A DNA stretch of 64,000 nucleotides from Mytilus californianus. Lineage: Eukaryota. The position numbers and the translations under genes are program-made. Numbering within the stretch: position 1 is the stretch's first letter; each line of letters begins with the position of its first letter. The notes beneath the pieces were generated by a model. It was not told where the DNA came from. It saw nothing but the letters and a program-made list of their open reading frames with translations, and did no database searches. The DNA lies in assembly GCF_021869535.1 (NCBI RefSeq), contig NW_026262679.1, positions 84,940,001 to 85,004,000 on the forward strand, read 5' to 3'. Of the stretch, positions 12,715 through 25,600 are shown piece after piece.

Positions 12715-12945
12715 AAAGTAACAATAATACCGTACTCCAAGGAAAAATTAAAGGAAAGTCCTTTATCAAATGGCAAATCAAAAGCTCAAACGCATCAAAC
12801 CAATAGAAAACAACTGTCATATTCCTGCCTTGGTACAGGCATTTCCTTATGCAGAACATGGTGGATTGAACCTGGTTTTATAGCTAGCTAAAACTCTCAC
12901 TTGTATGACAGTGGCATAGAATTCAATTAAATTGACAATGTGACT
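12715..12945 (-). repeat. Fragment of the Penelope-associated 3-prime repeat
   Basis: Reverse complement matches 14100-14180 plus 16216-16350 and 33410-33620 (gtcatacaagtgagag, gcctgtaccaaggcaggaatatgacagttgtttt). Confidence 0.8.
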
Positions 12946-13504
12946 GTCCCAAGTCAGAAATCTAGACTATGGCTGTCTGCCATTGATTAGCTTTTGTTTT
13001 TGTAATTCAAAAAACCTTTTAGGCGATTCAATAAACCTATATGCATGTTGTTAAAGTATGGTACAATGAACGTTTCTACAGGTGTGAAAGATCTGTAGAT
13101 TTTTTTGTAATACAGTCAGTATTACCTCTTCATAACAAGCCAATTATGAAACTCCTGAGATTTTTTAGCTGCAGTATTTAAAATGTCCTGAGGTATTGAT
13201 GCTAGTCTAGCAACATTAAATCCATAATTTACCCAGCACAGCCATTGACAAGCTGATACAAAAATGTAACTGCATTAATTTGTTTTCAAGTTTTTGCCAG
13301 TGTTCAAGTATTCGCAATTATAAATGCACTCATTAATTTCTTAACTTACAGTGTTTTCATTTCCAAACATTTTCATAATCATATTTAAAAAAAAGCATGC
13401 ACAATACTTTATGCTGGAGAGAATATAATTAAATTGCTTGTCTGTATCAATATTTTCAGAGATTATACTACAATCTTCCTTAAAATTAGAAAAACAATTT
13501 TCAA

Positions 13505-14185
13505 TTCTTATTTCACCCGCATATGGGATATACATTTTTCAACTCATTCAGTATTCAAGAGCTTGCAGCTGCTACTCAGACTTTATAAAACGTCACCAGT
13601 GTCTGAGCAGAAAGTTGATGAACCAGGGTTATGTCAAAGAACGTCTCGTCCTTATTCTAAAAAAGTTCATCGGAAGATACCAAGCCCTTGTTGACAAATA
13701 TTCCGTATCAACTTCACACATAATACATGATGGTCTTGAAGTATAGTCTAGGTACTGACATTGTTTATCATCTTAATCACGTGTTATAGTGTTCTTTTTA
13801 TTTGTCTTTGTATATTTTAACCTTTACTGTAGTCCATTTATGGTACATACTTTTGGCGTGGTTAGGTATTTATACATCCCGCCATTGTTATTGTGCTATG
13901 GTCATTTTTGTATTCTTGTCCTTTATTATTGCTTATGTACTTCGTCTATAGAGTGTCTATATGCCATTTTGTTTTTCTTTGTTCAAATAATTATTTTTTC
14001 TATAGTGATTAAGATTACAACACAATGTTGACTGCTGTATCCAAATTTTTGACATTTTTACCTATTATGTCTGTTTGTTTTGCTCACACATTGTTGTCAA
14101 TTTAAATTGAATTCTATGCGACTGTCATACAAGTGAGAGGTTTAGCTAGCTATCAAACCAGGTTTAATCCACAATTTTCTACTAA
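13505..14185 (+). mobile_element. Penelope-like retroelement 3-prime fragment (RT C-terminus plus 3-prime non-coding region, which resumes at 16216-16350)
   Basis: ORF 13438-13746 contains SPAYGIYIFQLIQYSRACSCYSDFIKRHQCLSRKLMNQGY...FIGRYQALVDKY. This is the post-RT domain of invertebrate Penelope-like elements. The ORF ends there with no C-terminal GIY-YIG. Confidence 0.75.
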
Positions 14186-16215
14186 AAACAGGCTATTATT
14201 TCAACTTGGAATTATTTTTAATTATGGAATTTGAATAATTTCGTGTGCTTGAAATTTTTGATAAATTCCATTTTTATTCTGTATTTCAATGTTCTGTGCG
14301 GCGCACTACACTTTCTATTAGACCTTTTCAATAACTCTCGACACCGACTAATGACACCTACAGTTTACAGGTAAAATGAAGGGGTCGTCTCAAAACTAAA
14401 AATCATTCATGAATAGTATTACTTTTACATCTCCGATTTATCGTTTTACACTATTTTGACGAAAGAACATATTTCAAACAAATATGAACTATATCTCTAC
14501 CTTTTGTATAGCATTCTTATTACATGTAGTTATACGACATTTGACGTTGAATTTATTAAACCTTCAAGTAAATAATTACTGCAATCAATTCACATAATCT
14601 GCCTTTTTTTCTTCTTAAATTTCATGATTATGTGAGTATTTAGATAAGCGAGACTGTCAACGCAGATTGTTCCACATGCCAATTGCGATTAATTCGCTTT
14701 TGTAATGCTATTTATGAATTTGCTGAAGGAACATTGTTACAGGACTACCGTCCGTCCGCTAGAGTTGTGTTTCTCAACCGATCTTCGCGTCACTTGTTGT
14801 ACACATTCAATTTTGGGAGGGGTAAAAGCCTATTTGTTTAAAGGTCAAAGGAAAAGGTCACATAGATAATTTAGTTACGAGAGACTACTCCGCTTTAAGA
14901 TACCATGTTAAAATTGAGATGTTTCCGTTATGAACTGGAAACATTAGCGGCACCATTTTTTTCTGCGCCACATGCGCATTTTTACAATTAATGTCTCTTC
15001 AGTGATGCGTATGGTATTTATATCCCAACAGAGCTTGTTGTCCTTGCAGTGTCTTTTTGACAGCGCCGAACTGATTGACCGTTATAGGTTGTCCGTGTCC
15101 CGAAAGACGTGAACATACCTTTTCCCCTGTCGTAGATTCCTTTCCTTTCCTTTCCCTGTTCCTGAAAAATGACCTTCGTGTGTCTTGCAAGAAGCGAGAA
15201 CTGCTTACCCTTCCCCTTTTCATGACATAGCTTTGGTTTTCTACTCTTTTCTATTTTTTCCATGCATAAAGTTTTTAAATTTCATCTCTGACCATACATT
15301 GGGGAGATTTAAGATCCCAATTATACTGGTGAAACCCCGCCGCATGTTTTATGCTCCTCAAACAATTCCTAATTAAGTTGGTCATTGCAATTGGTAAGTT
15401 TTTGTCACAATAGAATATTTAGTTTACAATTTGATATTTTGACATTATGCTTCGCTCTCACATTTATTTCCTTTTTTTTTTATCAAAGATAGTAACTTTG
15501 TTTCCTTTTTTTTTGGGGGGGGGGGGGTCAGAATTCATAAAAATAGCAAGAGAACGAACAAAAAAGCTAACGATTTGAATCTGAATCTGAATCTGAATCA
15601 GATGAGACACCAAGGGCCTTTAAAAACATGTACCGCCCTAGTCAACAGATATAAAACATTGATTAATTAAACATCTACTACAAAAATACAGGTATTTTTT
15701 TTTTTTTTTTTTTTCATTTTTCAACTCGACGTCTAAAAGAAATGAAGCATTGAAGTCCTTCCTTTTCTTCATAGTCAATTCACAAATAAATTTAGTTTTG
15801 ATAAACAAATACCTAATAAACAAAATAAGGTACGGTACACAACAATTGATTATATACACGTCATGTTGGATAGTGGTCTCATTGGCAATCAAAATAATCA
15901 CATGCGATCAATAATATTTTTTCAATTTTATTTTTGAGACGACCCCTCATATCTCACCTGTCGTAGTCGTTCTCAACTGTAGGTGTAGACAATTGTTGAA
16001 AAGGTCTATTACAAAGAAAATAACACATTTTCAATAGAATGTACTGTGCAGCGCACAACACTTTCTATATAAAATACATTGTATGGAAAGTTTTATGCAC
16101 CGTTCAAAACATTATAATACAGAATAAACATGGAATTTATCAAAAACTTCAAGCACAATAAATTATGCAAATTCCATAATTAAAAATAATTCCAAGTTGA
16201 AATAATAGCATGTTT
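14186..16215. mobile_element. Non-autonomous DNA transposon with long (200-290 bp) imperfect TIRs and a 3-bp TAA TSD (PIF/Harbinger-like by TSD)
   Basis: Starts AAACAGGCTATTATTTCAACTTGGAATTATTTTTAATTATGG. 16215 backwards reads AAACATGCTATTATTTCAACTTGGAATTATTTTTAATTATGG. 14186-14400 is inverted to about 15925-16215. TAA at 14183-85 and 16216-18. It splits a repeat that is intact at 33470-33490. Confidence 0.8.
14995..15260 (+). mobile_element. Internally deleted Penelope-like RT remnant
   Basis: Encodes SDAYGIYI and ELIDRYRLSVS, homologous to the start and end of the 13505-13746 domain with the middle missing. Confidence 0.5.
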
Positions 16216-16964
16216 TAAGGAAATGTCTGTACCAAGACAGGAATATGACAGTTGTTTTCCATTTGTTTGATGTGTTTTGTCATTTGATAAGGGACTCTCC
16301 GTTTGGAATTTTCCTTGGAGTTTGGTATTTCTGTTATTTTACTTTTTTCTTGTAACTTTATAATAGTACCTGATTTATGTAAAAATATATTTCTTCTCTC
16401 TTTGATGGGTTTCAATTTTTTTTTTTTTACTCAAAAACAAAATACTTCAAATTATAATAATAACTTTAGAATACCATTTCTTTCGTATATTATCCAGCCA
16501 TTAATATAGTTAGGAATCATGGATATCAGATCCTGGTATGAGCAGGTATTTGAATTTATTAATACTCAGCTGATACCAATATTTCTGGATTTTCCTACCC
16601 TATGTATACTGTTAAGTAATCCAACTTATTCCTGGGTTCAGCCATTACTAACCAAACTTCACATCCATTTATTTTCACAAATTTTTATAACTTTGTTGAT
16701 GTATTTATATTAGAAAAGATCCAAGTTGGTGATATTCACAAAGTCCCGCAAAAAATAGCACGTAAAAATTAGTTACACTGTATACAAAACTTCAAAACCA
16801 GTTTTATTACCTTTTGATAAAAAGACCAATCTTCCCATATCTGCTGACTCATAAGGAACACAAGATCTTATCTGTGTTAGGATAGGTAACACAGCTACTT
16901 GTTTCATAATTTATGTAGTATCTATCAATCTATGTGATATCTTACCTGGTGTAAATAGCATCCA

Positions 16965-17140
16965 CAATTCCCACTTGTCTAAGACATTGATGATATAAAC
17001 CTATGATATAAGTTTCATAAAAATCTGGCAAGAATTGTACACGTGAGAGCGCTAACAAGACCAGACAGATGGACGGACACACGGGCACACAGGGGTAAAG
17101 CAATATGTTCCCTGACATTTTGTCACAGGGGCATGAAAAA
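16965..17140 (-). mobile_element. Terminal fragment of the HINE family seen at 49801-50914
   Basis: gtctaagacattg-tgatataaacctatgatataagtttcataaaaatctggcaagaattgtaca-gtgagagcgctaacaagac plus GGAC repeats, near-identical to 50785-50880. Confidence 0.8.
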
Positions 17141-20100
17141 TGTCATTTAGGGTCAATCAGATGACACAATGACAAATGGTAGCCTTTGCTTATTCTCTAT
17201 AGGAAGGTATGCAAGTATTAATACCACAAAGAGTACACCTTAAATAAGTCTTAAATGAGCATCTTTAACACCAATTGCTCCTTAACCTCATAAACACATT
17301 ATCAATTTTCACTTTTGTATGGATTGGCAACAGATATCTTAAAGAATGAAAGACTAACAAATTCCCAAAAACTTTTATTAACAAAAATACATCACGCTTC
17401 AATGACAGCAAACATTTTGATCATATCATTGTAACCTAAGTGTGACAATGTCAACTTTTTTTTATGCATATGTAATTTGAATGACATACAAATGTATCAA
17501 ATTTTGGTAACATCAAATTTAAGAACTATTTACCACAAAAAGTGATTTTTAATGAAAAATTGGATGTTGTCATTACTCAAGTGAAAGCTGTTGCTTTAAA
17601 ATGTTGAAGGCATTTGATTCTTTTAAGCTTGCTTTTGTAGAGTGACATCTTCTGTTTTGCTGACATCATTTGTTTTGAACAAAATTCATATTTTGAGAAC
17701 AAAAAATCATATTTGAAACTGTTTTAGAGACTTTTGAAAAACTGATATTTACTTCGGCCAATTAGCCTCAGTGAATATTAGTTTTTTCAAAATTCAATAA
17801 AACCACATATTTACATCATCAAAAGACAGTAATTGCATTATATGCAATGTTGACTTTATTCTAAGACCATAAACACATATAATGAAGTAAACAGTTATAC
17901 ACTCTATTGTATACACCCTACACACAAGTATACACTCTATTTTATATTCCCTACACACAACTATACAAACATTTTTAAAGTACTTGTAGTCTTATACGGT
18001 TTATTCTACTTATATGTCAACATACATATCTCTTGCACTCAAAATCACCATTGCATTTTTTCATTTTTATTTATTTAAAAAAATTTAAAGTTTTAATAAC
18101 CAAAACAGGGTATCTTAATGGCTTCAGATCATTTTCTTATTAATGCCCACATGCTTGAGAACAGTGTCAAAAAGAAAACAAAAATGGTTTTACATCAACC
18201 ATTTCTAAATAAAAATAAAAACATTTTGTAAGAGAATATGTATCTGCTTAAAATTGCAAATGGTGTTTTGAAATATGATTTTGATTCTTTAATGGATTTT
18301 ATATTTTCATAAGACATTAGTGCTCAACATGTATAATTTTCAGTTAGTGTACAACAAAAAAGCAAGTTAAAGCTAATATCATTTTTAGATTGTTGGATTG
18401 ATATCTTTTAAAAGTTCTGTACAAATGAAGAATTATATATCTTTGTTTAACAAAAACTTATAAAACCATTCTTACCACAAAATCAGACATAAAACAAAAA
18501 CGAATTCATCAAAAAATGCATAATAAAAGCAGTTATAAAAAATGCTGAGCAATTAAACATTAACTAGAAGCAAAACAAAAATTATGTTATTAAACAAACA
18601 AAATAAATTGTAACAGTTGTTATCATGAGATTCATAAATGCAAAGATCAAATACATAATAAAGAGGTGAAAATAACATTAACACACGAGGATTTATAAAG
18701 GAAACATGAACTGCTAATATCATAACCTTTAATGCATTTCCTGGCCCCATCACAATACACACTTCTTAACAGACATTAATATCATAAAAATAATGAGAGG
18801 CTCTGATGGGCTCATAGTAATCCTCAAAAGGCAAAATGTACAACTTTTTTATGCAGCATTGTTTCTTTCATTTCATAAAATTATGGGTGATAAACAGGAG
18901 TTATAAACATCTTCATCCAATGAAACTTAAAACTTCTAAAATAACTGATCTTTAAAATCTTTATATTTTTGAGGCAATCTTATTCCCTTCCAATAAACTT
19001 CTTATTGTGAGTATTTTCTATGGAACACAAGAATAAATCGAACACTTTATCCAAAAATTTCTAAAAAGATAATTTTTTTATTAAACATAGAGAAGTACCA
19101 CAATTATTAATTCTAACCTTATAATTCAAAAATCTCTTTTTTCAACAAAATTAAATTTGAAATGGTCAAAGTTTTGATTTGAAGATAGCAATCATTACAA
19201 GCAAATTCAAAAGGACAATCACAAAACCATATTATAATATTTGTCGCAACAAACTACTTTACTAAAGAAAAAAATACAAAACTGAGGTTTATTCCCTTTA
19301 TCCTATTTGTCAAAATGGTATCAACACCAAATAGAATTTCAATTCTGTTCTTTAAAAATTGTCATAGAAACTATAATGGCTTTAAAGGACCATCTTTATA
19401 AATAAAATTATAAGTTTGCTGCAAAGTAACCCACTGGGTCTTTTCTTAACTTTATAACTAATGGTAGACACCAATTACAGCAATCTACTTAGTAAAGACT
19501 TATAAATGCCCCAAAAGTGGATACTTGTGAGTATTCGGCACCATTTTTTTTCATGATAAAAAATCTTCAAAACTATATTCAATGACTTGAGCATGTATTT
19601 TCATTTATATTTCAAGGGCATACCTGGTGAGTTATACTGATTCCAAAGAATTAACTGTTTCTATAAAAATATTAAATGAATTGGTGATGAGAAAATGTAT
19701 TCAAATTTAAGATCATTCAGATATGTATCCTAAAACAAACAAATATAACAGGTATAAAATAGAAAATTAAAATTTTACATAAATATTGTAACTCTAATGG
19801 AAACGAAAGCTGCACAAATAAATCTGATAATAAACATAAGGAAAATTGAAATTTAACAATAAAATTTATCACTATTGGGAACAAAAGCTGCACTAATAAA
19901 TATAATAATAAACTTATAGAAAATATAGCAAGTAATTTATGTATATCTTGTTTTGTCATGATGTGTCATGATATAGATGTGGGGAGTACATGAATGAGAA
20001 AGGAAACCAACAAAATAATAAAAAAATCAAAACCAACTTCAGATCAACCAACACTCATCAACAAAAGGCAAATGTCTACTATACAATATATCAATTATTT

Positions 20101-20692
20101 CTCAGTACTACAAAATATTAGTTCTTTTTACATTTTACTGTCAAGTCATACTTCTAGGAAAATAATAACATATGATAATTTACATGAGATTTAAGAGAAG
20201 ACAGTGAGGTATGGTCCATTTTTTTTTTCATTTACTAACTTAGGGTATTTCTGCTGACTGTCAAAATGAAAATGTGTGGAACCCCAGAAATAAACCTGCA
20301 CAATCACTAAATATAAGGTTATGATACAGAGGATTAAAAACACTTTTAGGGGCTGTCCTTTTGTATGCTAAAAACAACAACAATTTTGACCACTGGGAAG
20401 AATCTTTGCAATTTTGCTTATCTTATTCTGAAGCAACTTAGACTGAGTTGTGAAAAAGAGATGTGTGTATCTCTCTTAAAAAAATAAAGAAAAATTCTCT
20501 TTGGCTGATGAAAGTCTATGCTAATTTTGTAGGTTAATGTTGGGTGTTGTGAGAGGGGTCAGCAGATAACAAAACTGTGTAGATAACACAGACAACACTA
20601 GGTAACAGATAGTGATGTATTGTGTCAACTCTGCTAGGCAAGTGACACATACGAAATGATATGGGACTATAGTAAATGCATAGAATACAATA

Positions 20693-21913
20693 CAGTAGAC
20701 TCCGGCAAATCGGATACCCAAAATGTCAGCTAAAAATATCCGATTACCCGATATATTCAATTAGACGATGAATGTATATTCATTGAATATTCTGCAATAA
20801 TGAGTAGATATAATCCTGAGATGTTACTAACCCTGACAATTGCTAAATATGTGAAAGGGCTGGAGGATTGATGGAGTGATTTTTATTAGTTACATCACCA
20901 CGATGTTTGTGTAAAAAATTATCAGCTGATTATGTAATGATTAAATTTGTTTGCAGTTTTTAAATCCTTTATTTATTAAAATAAATCAAATGTCTTGAAA
21001 TATTTATGTGAATTATTATCTACCATCCATAGTTTGTCTTTATTTGTTTTGTAAGCAAATTAATATCCATTATTTACATTATCACACAGGTAAACTAATT
21101 TGGCTATAAATAGATCTAAGCATGTCTGTGTAGAATCTCCAAACTAAAATCGTATTTGTTATAATTTTATTTCTTTAAATAATCAAATTTGAATTTATGA
21201 AAATAATCATGATTGATAAAATATTATTGCATAAAGTTTATGTTTTCTGCAGACTATTTATATTTAGGTCATAGTTCTAGAGGCTTTCTCACAAATTTGT
21301 AAACATCCAAAATGGCGTCCATGACATGTGGTTACTTTTGCACATGTGAAAAAAATATATCTGACAAAAGTCAGATTTCTCTTGTCAAAAGGGATTTATA
21401 TTTATATTGCAATAAATTATTCAGAAGGAGGTACATTCAGTTTAGATTATATTTCTGATTCTGTGAACATTTAGAGTTAATCAAAATTCTCCAAACAGCA
21501 ACGTCAACTTGTCAACTGAGTCTTGCATATTTTATAAATAAATTCAAACCATTTGAAGTAAAAGGGCATCTAATTCACATGACATAGGAAGACAATGATT
21601 AAAGACAACAATTTATTAAGAAATAGTTCCTTTTATTTAGTAAAAACAAAATCTTCTTGTCTGCAAGATTGTAAATTCGTAACTTCCGGGTCCATTTCCT
21701 GTCAGAAAAACATTGAAATATCCGATTGTGCATGGTTTTGAACAAAATGACCTGAATATTCTTATCCGATTTGCCGATATATTCTTATATCCGATATTCG
21801 ATTACACGATAAAATTAACATTAAACATATAGGGAAGGGTTTGGTGTTTTGAAATAATATTACAATAGCCGATATATTCGTTTAGCCGATATCCAATTAG
21901 GTGGAGTCTACTG
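20693..21913. mobile_element. Tc1/mariner-type MITE (TA TSD)
   Basis: TA-CAGTAGACTCC at 20691 and GGAGTCTACTG-TA ending 21915, with subterminal ccgatat repeats at both ends. Confidence 0.75.
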
Positions 21914-22463
21914 TACTAAGCAATGGCAAGATAACGTGAAATATAATTGATGTATGTTTGATAAATACATATTTCCACTCCTATTTCTCACTCATCAAGA
22001 AAAATAAGTTCAACACTCTGATGAAAACAAAGTTGAACAGTGTCCCTCCTTTTTTTATTCAAATCATTTTTTTTTTAAATATAGGAGTTAAATAAATTTG
22101 TTTCAATGTCAATTGTACCAAAGAGATCATGAAAGCTTTTTCAAATAAATTTCTTTCTATAACATTATTAGTAGTGGTTAATTTAATGAAAATGCTTGTC
22201 CAGAAATCATGATGGAAAACTCACATCTTTAAAGAAAAACTGTAATTAGATAAGCAACACTAGTGTGAGTGAACAAGATTGAAAACTCAAGTGACAATAT
22301 AATGATAATAGCACTATGTAATAACAAAATCACAGTTTTGTGTGCATTTGAAGAGTACAGACCCAATTTCCAACAAGACAAACTTCGGTTGTCTACATCC
22401 CACAATAACCAAATAAATGATTTCTCTAATGAACAGTTAACCTCTTAGATTTGTAAATAACAA

Positions 22464-22685
22464 TTACAATCGTGTGTTTTGTTCTCTTATTCCAGCCAAC
22501 TGTGTACTCATGGCCTGGTGATATATCGTTTTGTCATAGACAACTTCTTTTGTCATTTTTTCAACTTCCTCTATCGTTTCAGGTAGAGGTCGCCCATGTG
22601 TTTCTGGCAAGAAGAATATTAAAATCCCACCAACAATTGTCAACCCACCAAATACTATCAGTGGGAGCTTTGCTAAAGATGTTGC
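22464..22685 (-). CDS. SLC22: SLC22 coding exon 9 (last)
   Basis: ATSLAKLPLIVFGG...LPETHGRPLPETIEEVE...EQNTRL, TAA at 22466-22464. Confidence 0.94.
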   Translation of the reverse strand, partial: ATSLAKLPLIVFGGLTIVGGILIFFLPETHGRPLPETIEEVEKMTKEVVYDKTIYHQAMSTQLAGIREQNTRL

Positions 22686-25600
22686 CTGTAAGAAAAATTC
22701 AATATACAATAGTCAAAGACTTTAATAAGAGTGTTAAGTCTGGCCTTGCGGTCATACAAATTTTGAGTACAATTATCATACTCAAGATTCAGAACTCAAC
22801 CAATCAAATACTAGATTTTGTTTTTCGAGGACAAATTTTGTACTCCGAATACTAAGTTCAGTTTTGTGATGACCAAGAGCCCTGGTTTTCAACTTTGACC
22901 AATACAATATTTTGATGCAGATGTAATTTTTAAACTATCATCATTTATACTTGTTCAAGCTAAGGAACGCATTGAGTGAAATGAATGGTTCTGAAGCGAG
23001 TAGTTATTTTGTGATATCTTTTTATCATTTTCCCAAATTTGTTGAACTGACTAAAGCTTGCAGTGGCATTTCTTAAAAAGATGATGGAATCTTAAATATT
23101 ACTAAGTATTCTTCATTCAATGCAATGTTTCTGATTGCTTTGTTTTCACCATCTGCATGATTTTCTTTTTCCACAGTTAAGTTGTAAGGTAAACTTTAGA
23201 GTTCAAAAGATGATTAATGATAAAATAAGGCTAAAATGAATAATTGTAAGCCTTAAGAATTACAGTGAAATAAGAACTGATTTATGAGCAAATGTTGTTC
23301 ATCAGTAACACAAAACAATTGCAAAATTAATATGATCGATACTGTTGTGAATCATTATTATTCATTGGACACCAATTTTCATGGATTTCATGGGTACAGG
23401 TGAACCACCAATTTAACTGTCCAACGAAATTATAAATTTTCTATAGGAATGTAGGCAGACTTTTTCTATAGGAATGTAGGCAGACTTTTTCTATAGGAAT
23501 GTAGGCAGACTTTTTTCTTTAGGAATGTAGGTAGACTTTTTCTATAGGAATGTAGGCAGACTTTTTCTATAGGAGTGTAGGTGTGTAGGCAGACTTTTTC
23601 TATAGGAATGTAGGCAGACTTTTTCTATAGGAATGTATGCAGACTTTGGCAAAACCATGAATTCAAATATCCATGAAAATGCAAGTTTTCTTCAATCCAC
23701 AAAAATTGTTACCCAGGGGAAATAAATGAAGAATCCAAAGAATTGTATATTCAATAAGTCTCACCCCATAAACTATAAATGGAGCCGCTATTCCACCAAC
23801 ATTCTCAAACAGTGAAGCTATACCAACTGCATGGTTTCTGCAATAAATATAAATATGTCATAAGTATACATCTTCACTGAAACCTTATGTTAAATGGCCA
23901 TATTTTTTTTTAAATAATATGAATTTTGTAACTTCATCTTTGAACTTTTTAAACACAAGTCAACAAGTTCACCATTCAATAAGTGAAATTAACATGTACT
24001 TAACATTGCTGACAAAACTTGTTTGACGAAAGGGAACAGAACACATAGTTTTAAAGCTTTGAATTTTCCAGTTGATTGCTATGAGCTGTAACTCACACTG
24101 ACCATTATAGCATGAGCTGACATGGTCTAAAATTTGATATTCATGATTTATTGATTAAACTTTGACATATCTTCTATTTTCTAGGCAATTCTATTCAAAG
24201 AATATAGAGATTAAGAGTACCTGATTACTGTTGGGAAGATCTCACTACCATACAGATATGTAACTGAATAGGAGCCAGTAATACCAAACTTTCCTATCAT
24301 GGCTAATGTAATAATTAGTGGCTTTAGATCAGTACCATCATCTGAAAAGAGTCAGAAATTCATATAATACAATGATAAAAACTGCACCAATGTTTTCCTT
24401 TAGATAAAAAGTAATGATAAAACTATAAGGTTTAACCTGGTGGTTATAAAACATCATTCATATTACTATACATTTATAAATATATACACATATTTTTCGC
24501 TTTTAATCCACAATATTTAATTACAACACAAGGGTTAAATACTTATGTGTCTTAATGCATATGATACAGTTTTGATCCCACAGTGGGTTTTTTTACAAAC
24601 TATTTTTCACCTCGTCAATGCAAATATGTAATCAAAAATATACCATCATGTGCTACTTTTAGATATAAATATAGTCGAAATTTTAGGCATTTACTCCAAA
24701 TTTCAGTTTCTTAAAAATTTCTATACATAAATTGACTTGGACTTGACTATTAATAGTAAATATTACAGACATCTTAGTTTTCTATCTTAAATGTGAATAA
24801 ATAAAATGACTTTTTATTACATTAAAATTTATACTGTGGTCTTCAATTTCTACATACCTGTTGTTTCTGGAACAAATATTGTAACTATGTTCATAATACC
24901 ACACAAGAACATGAAAAATATAAGTGGTTTTCGTCTGCCTAATCTGTAATTAAGCAAAAAATAAAAATGATAAAGCTAACAAATACCTTTTTTTCAAAAA
25001 GGAGTTAATACACAAAAGATAATCATTATTCAAAGTTTCACTGAAAGTTAGTGCAAACAATATTTTATTATGAATTATACAAATTACAATTTATATATTC
25101 ACATTCACAAATACGATTCTGAAACAAGCAATAATGAGAAATCATTGCAAGTTGTAACGTTCAAATGATTTCCACATAAAATTATCATTTTCATTCCCCT
25201 TATTATTTACCATTTAATTAAAACAAATTGAAAAAGAACTCACCTAAGCATTCTATGTTCTAATTTTTTTTTTCCAAAACAGTTTTGGTTAAAAAGATAG
25301 GTTTGAAAAGCTAAAAATATAAAACCATCAGGACTTAAAACGAACAGCTGAAATCTTCTAGTTAATGTTTTCAAACTTACAAATTAATGGCTATCACACA
25401 AACTATTTGTGCTGGTATCTCCACAGCACCACTTATTCCAAGGTTGAGAAACTGGTTCCCATGTAAAGTAGGTGTGGCAAATAATATACCAAAATAGCTG
25501 ATACTATTAGCAAACCTGAAATATATATAATCAAGGTCAAGCTTTCTACAATAATTAAAACATTCAGCAATTTTACTAAAGAAAAGTTTTCATGGAGTCA

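Noticed and set aside
17200-20600. Long AT-rich interval with short ORFs (18553-18762, 19717-19959, 19994-20194)
   Set aside because: Low-complexity I/F/L/K-rich translations typical of non-coding AT-rich DNA. Possibly 3-prime UTR or intergenic.
22472-22855. Plus-strand ORF of 127 aa
   Set aside because: Antisense to SLC22 exon 9, with no recognisable motif.
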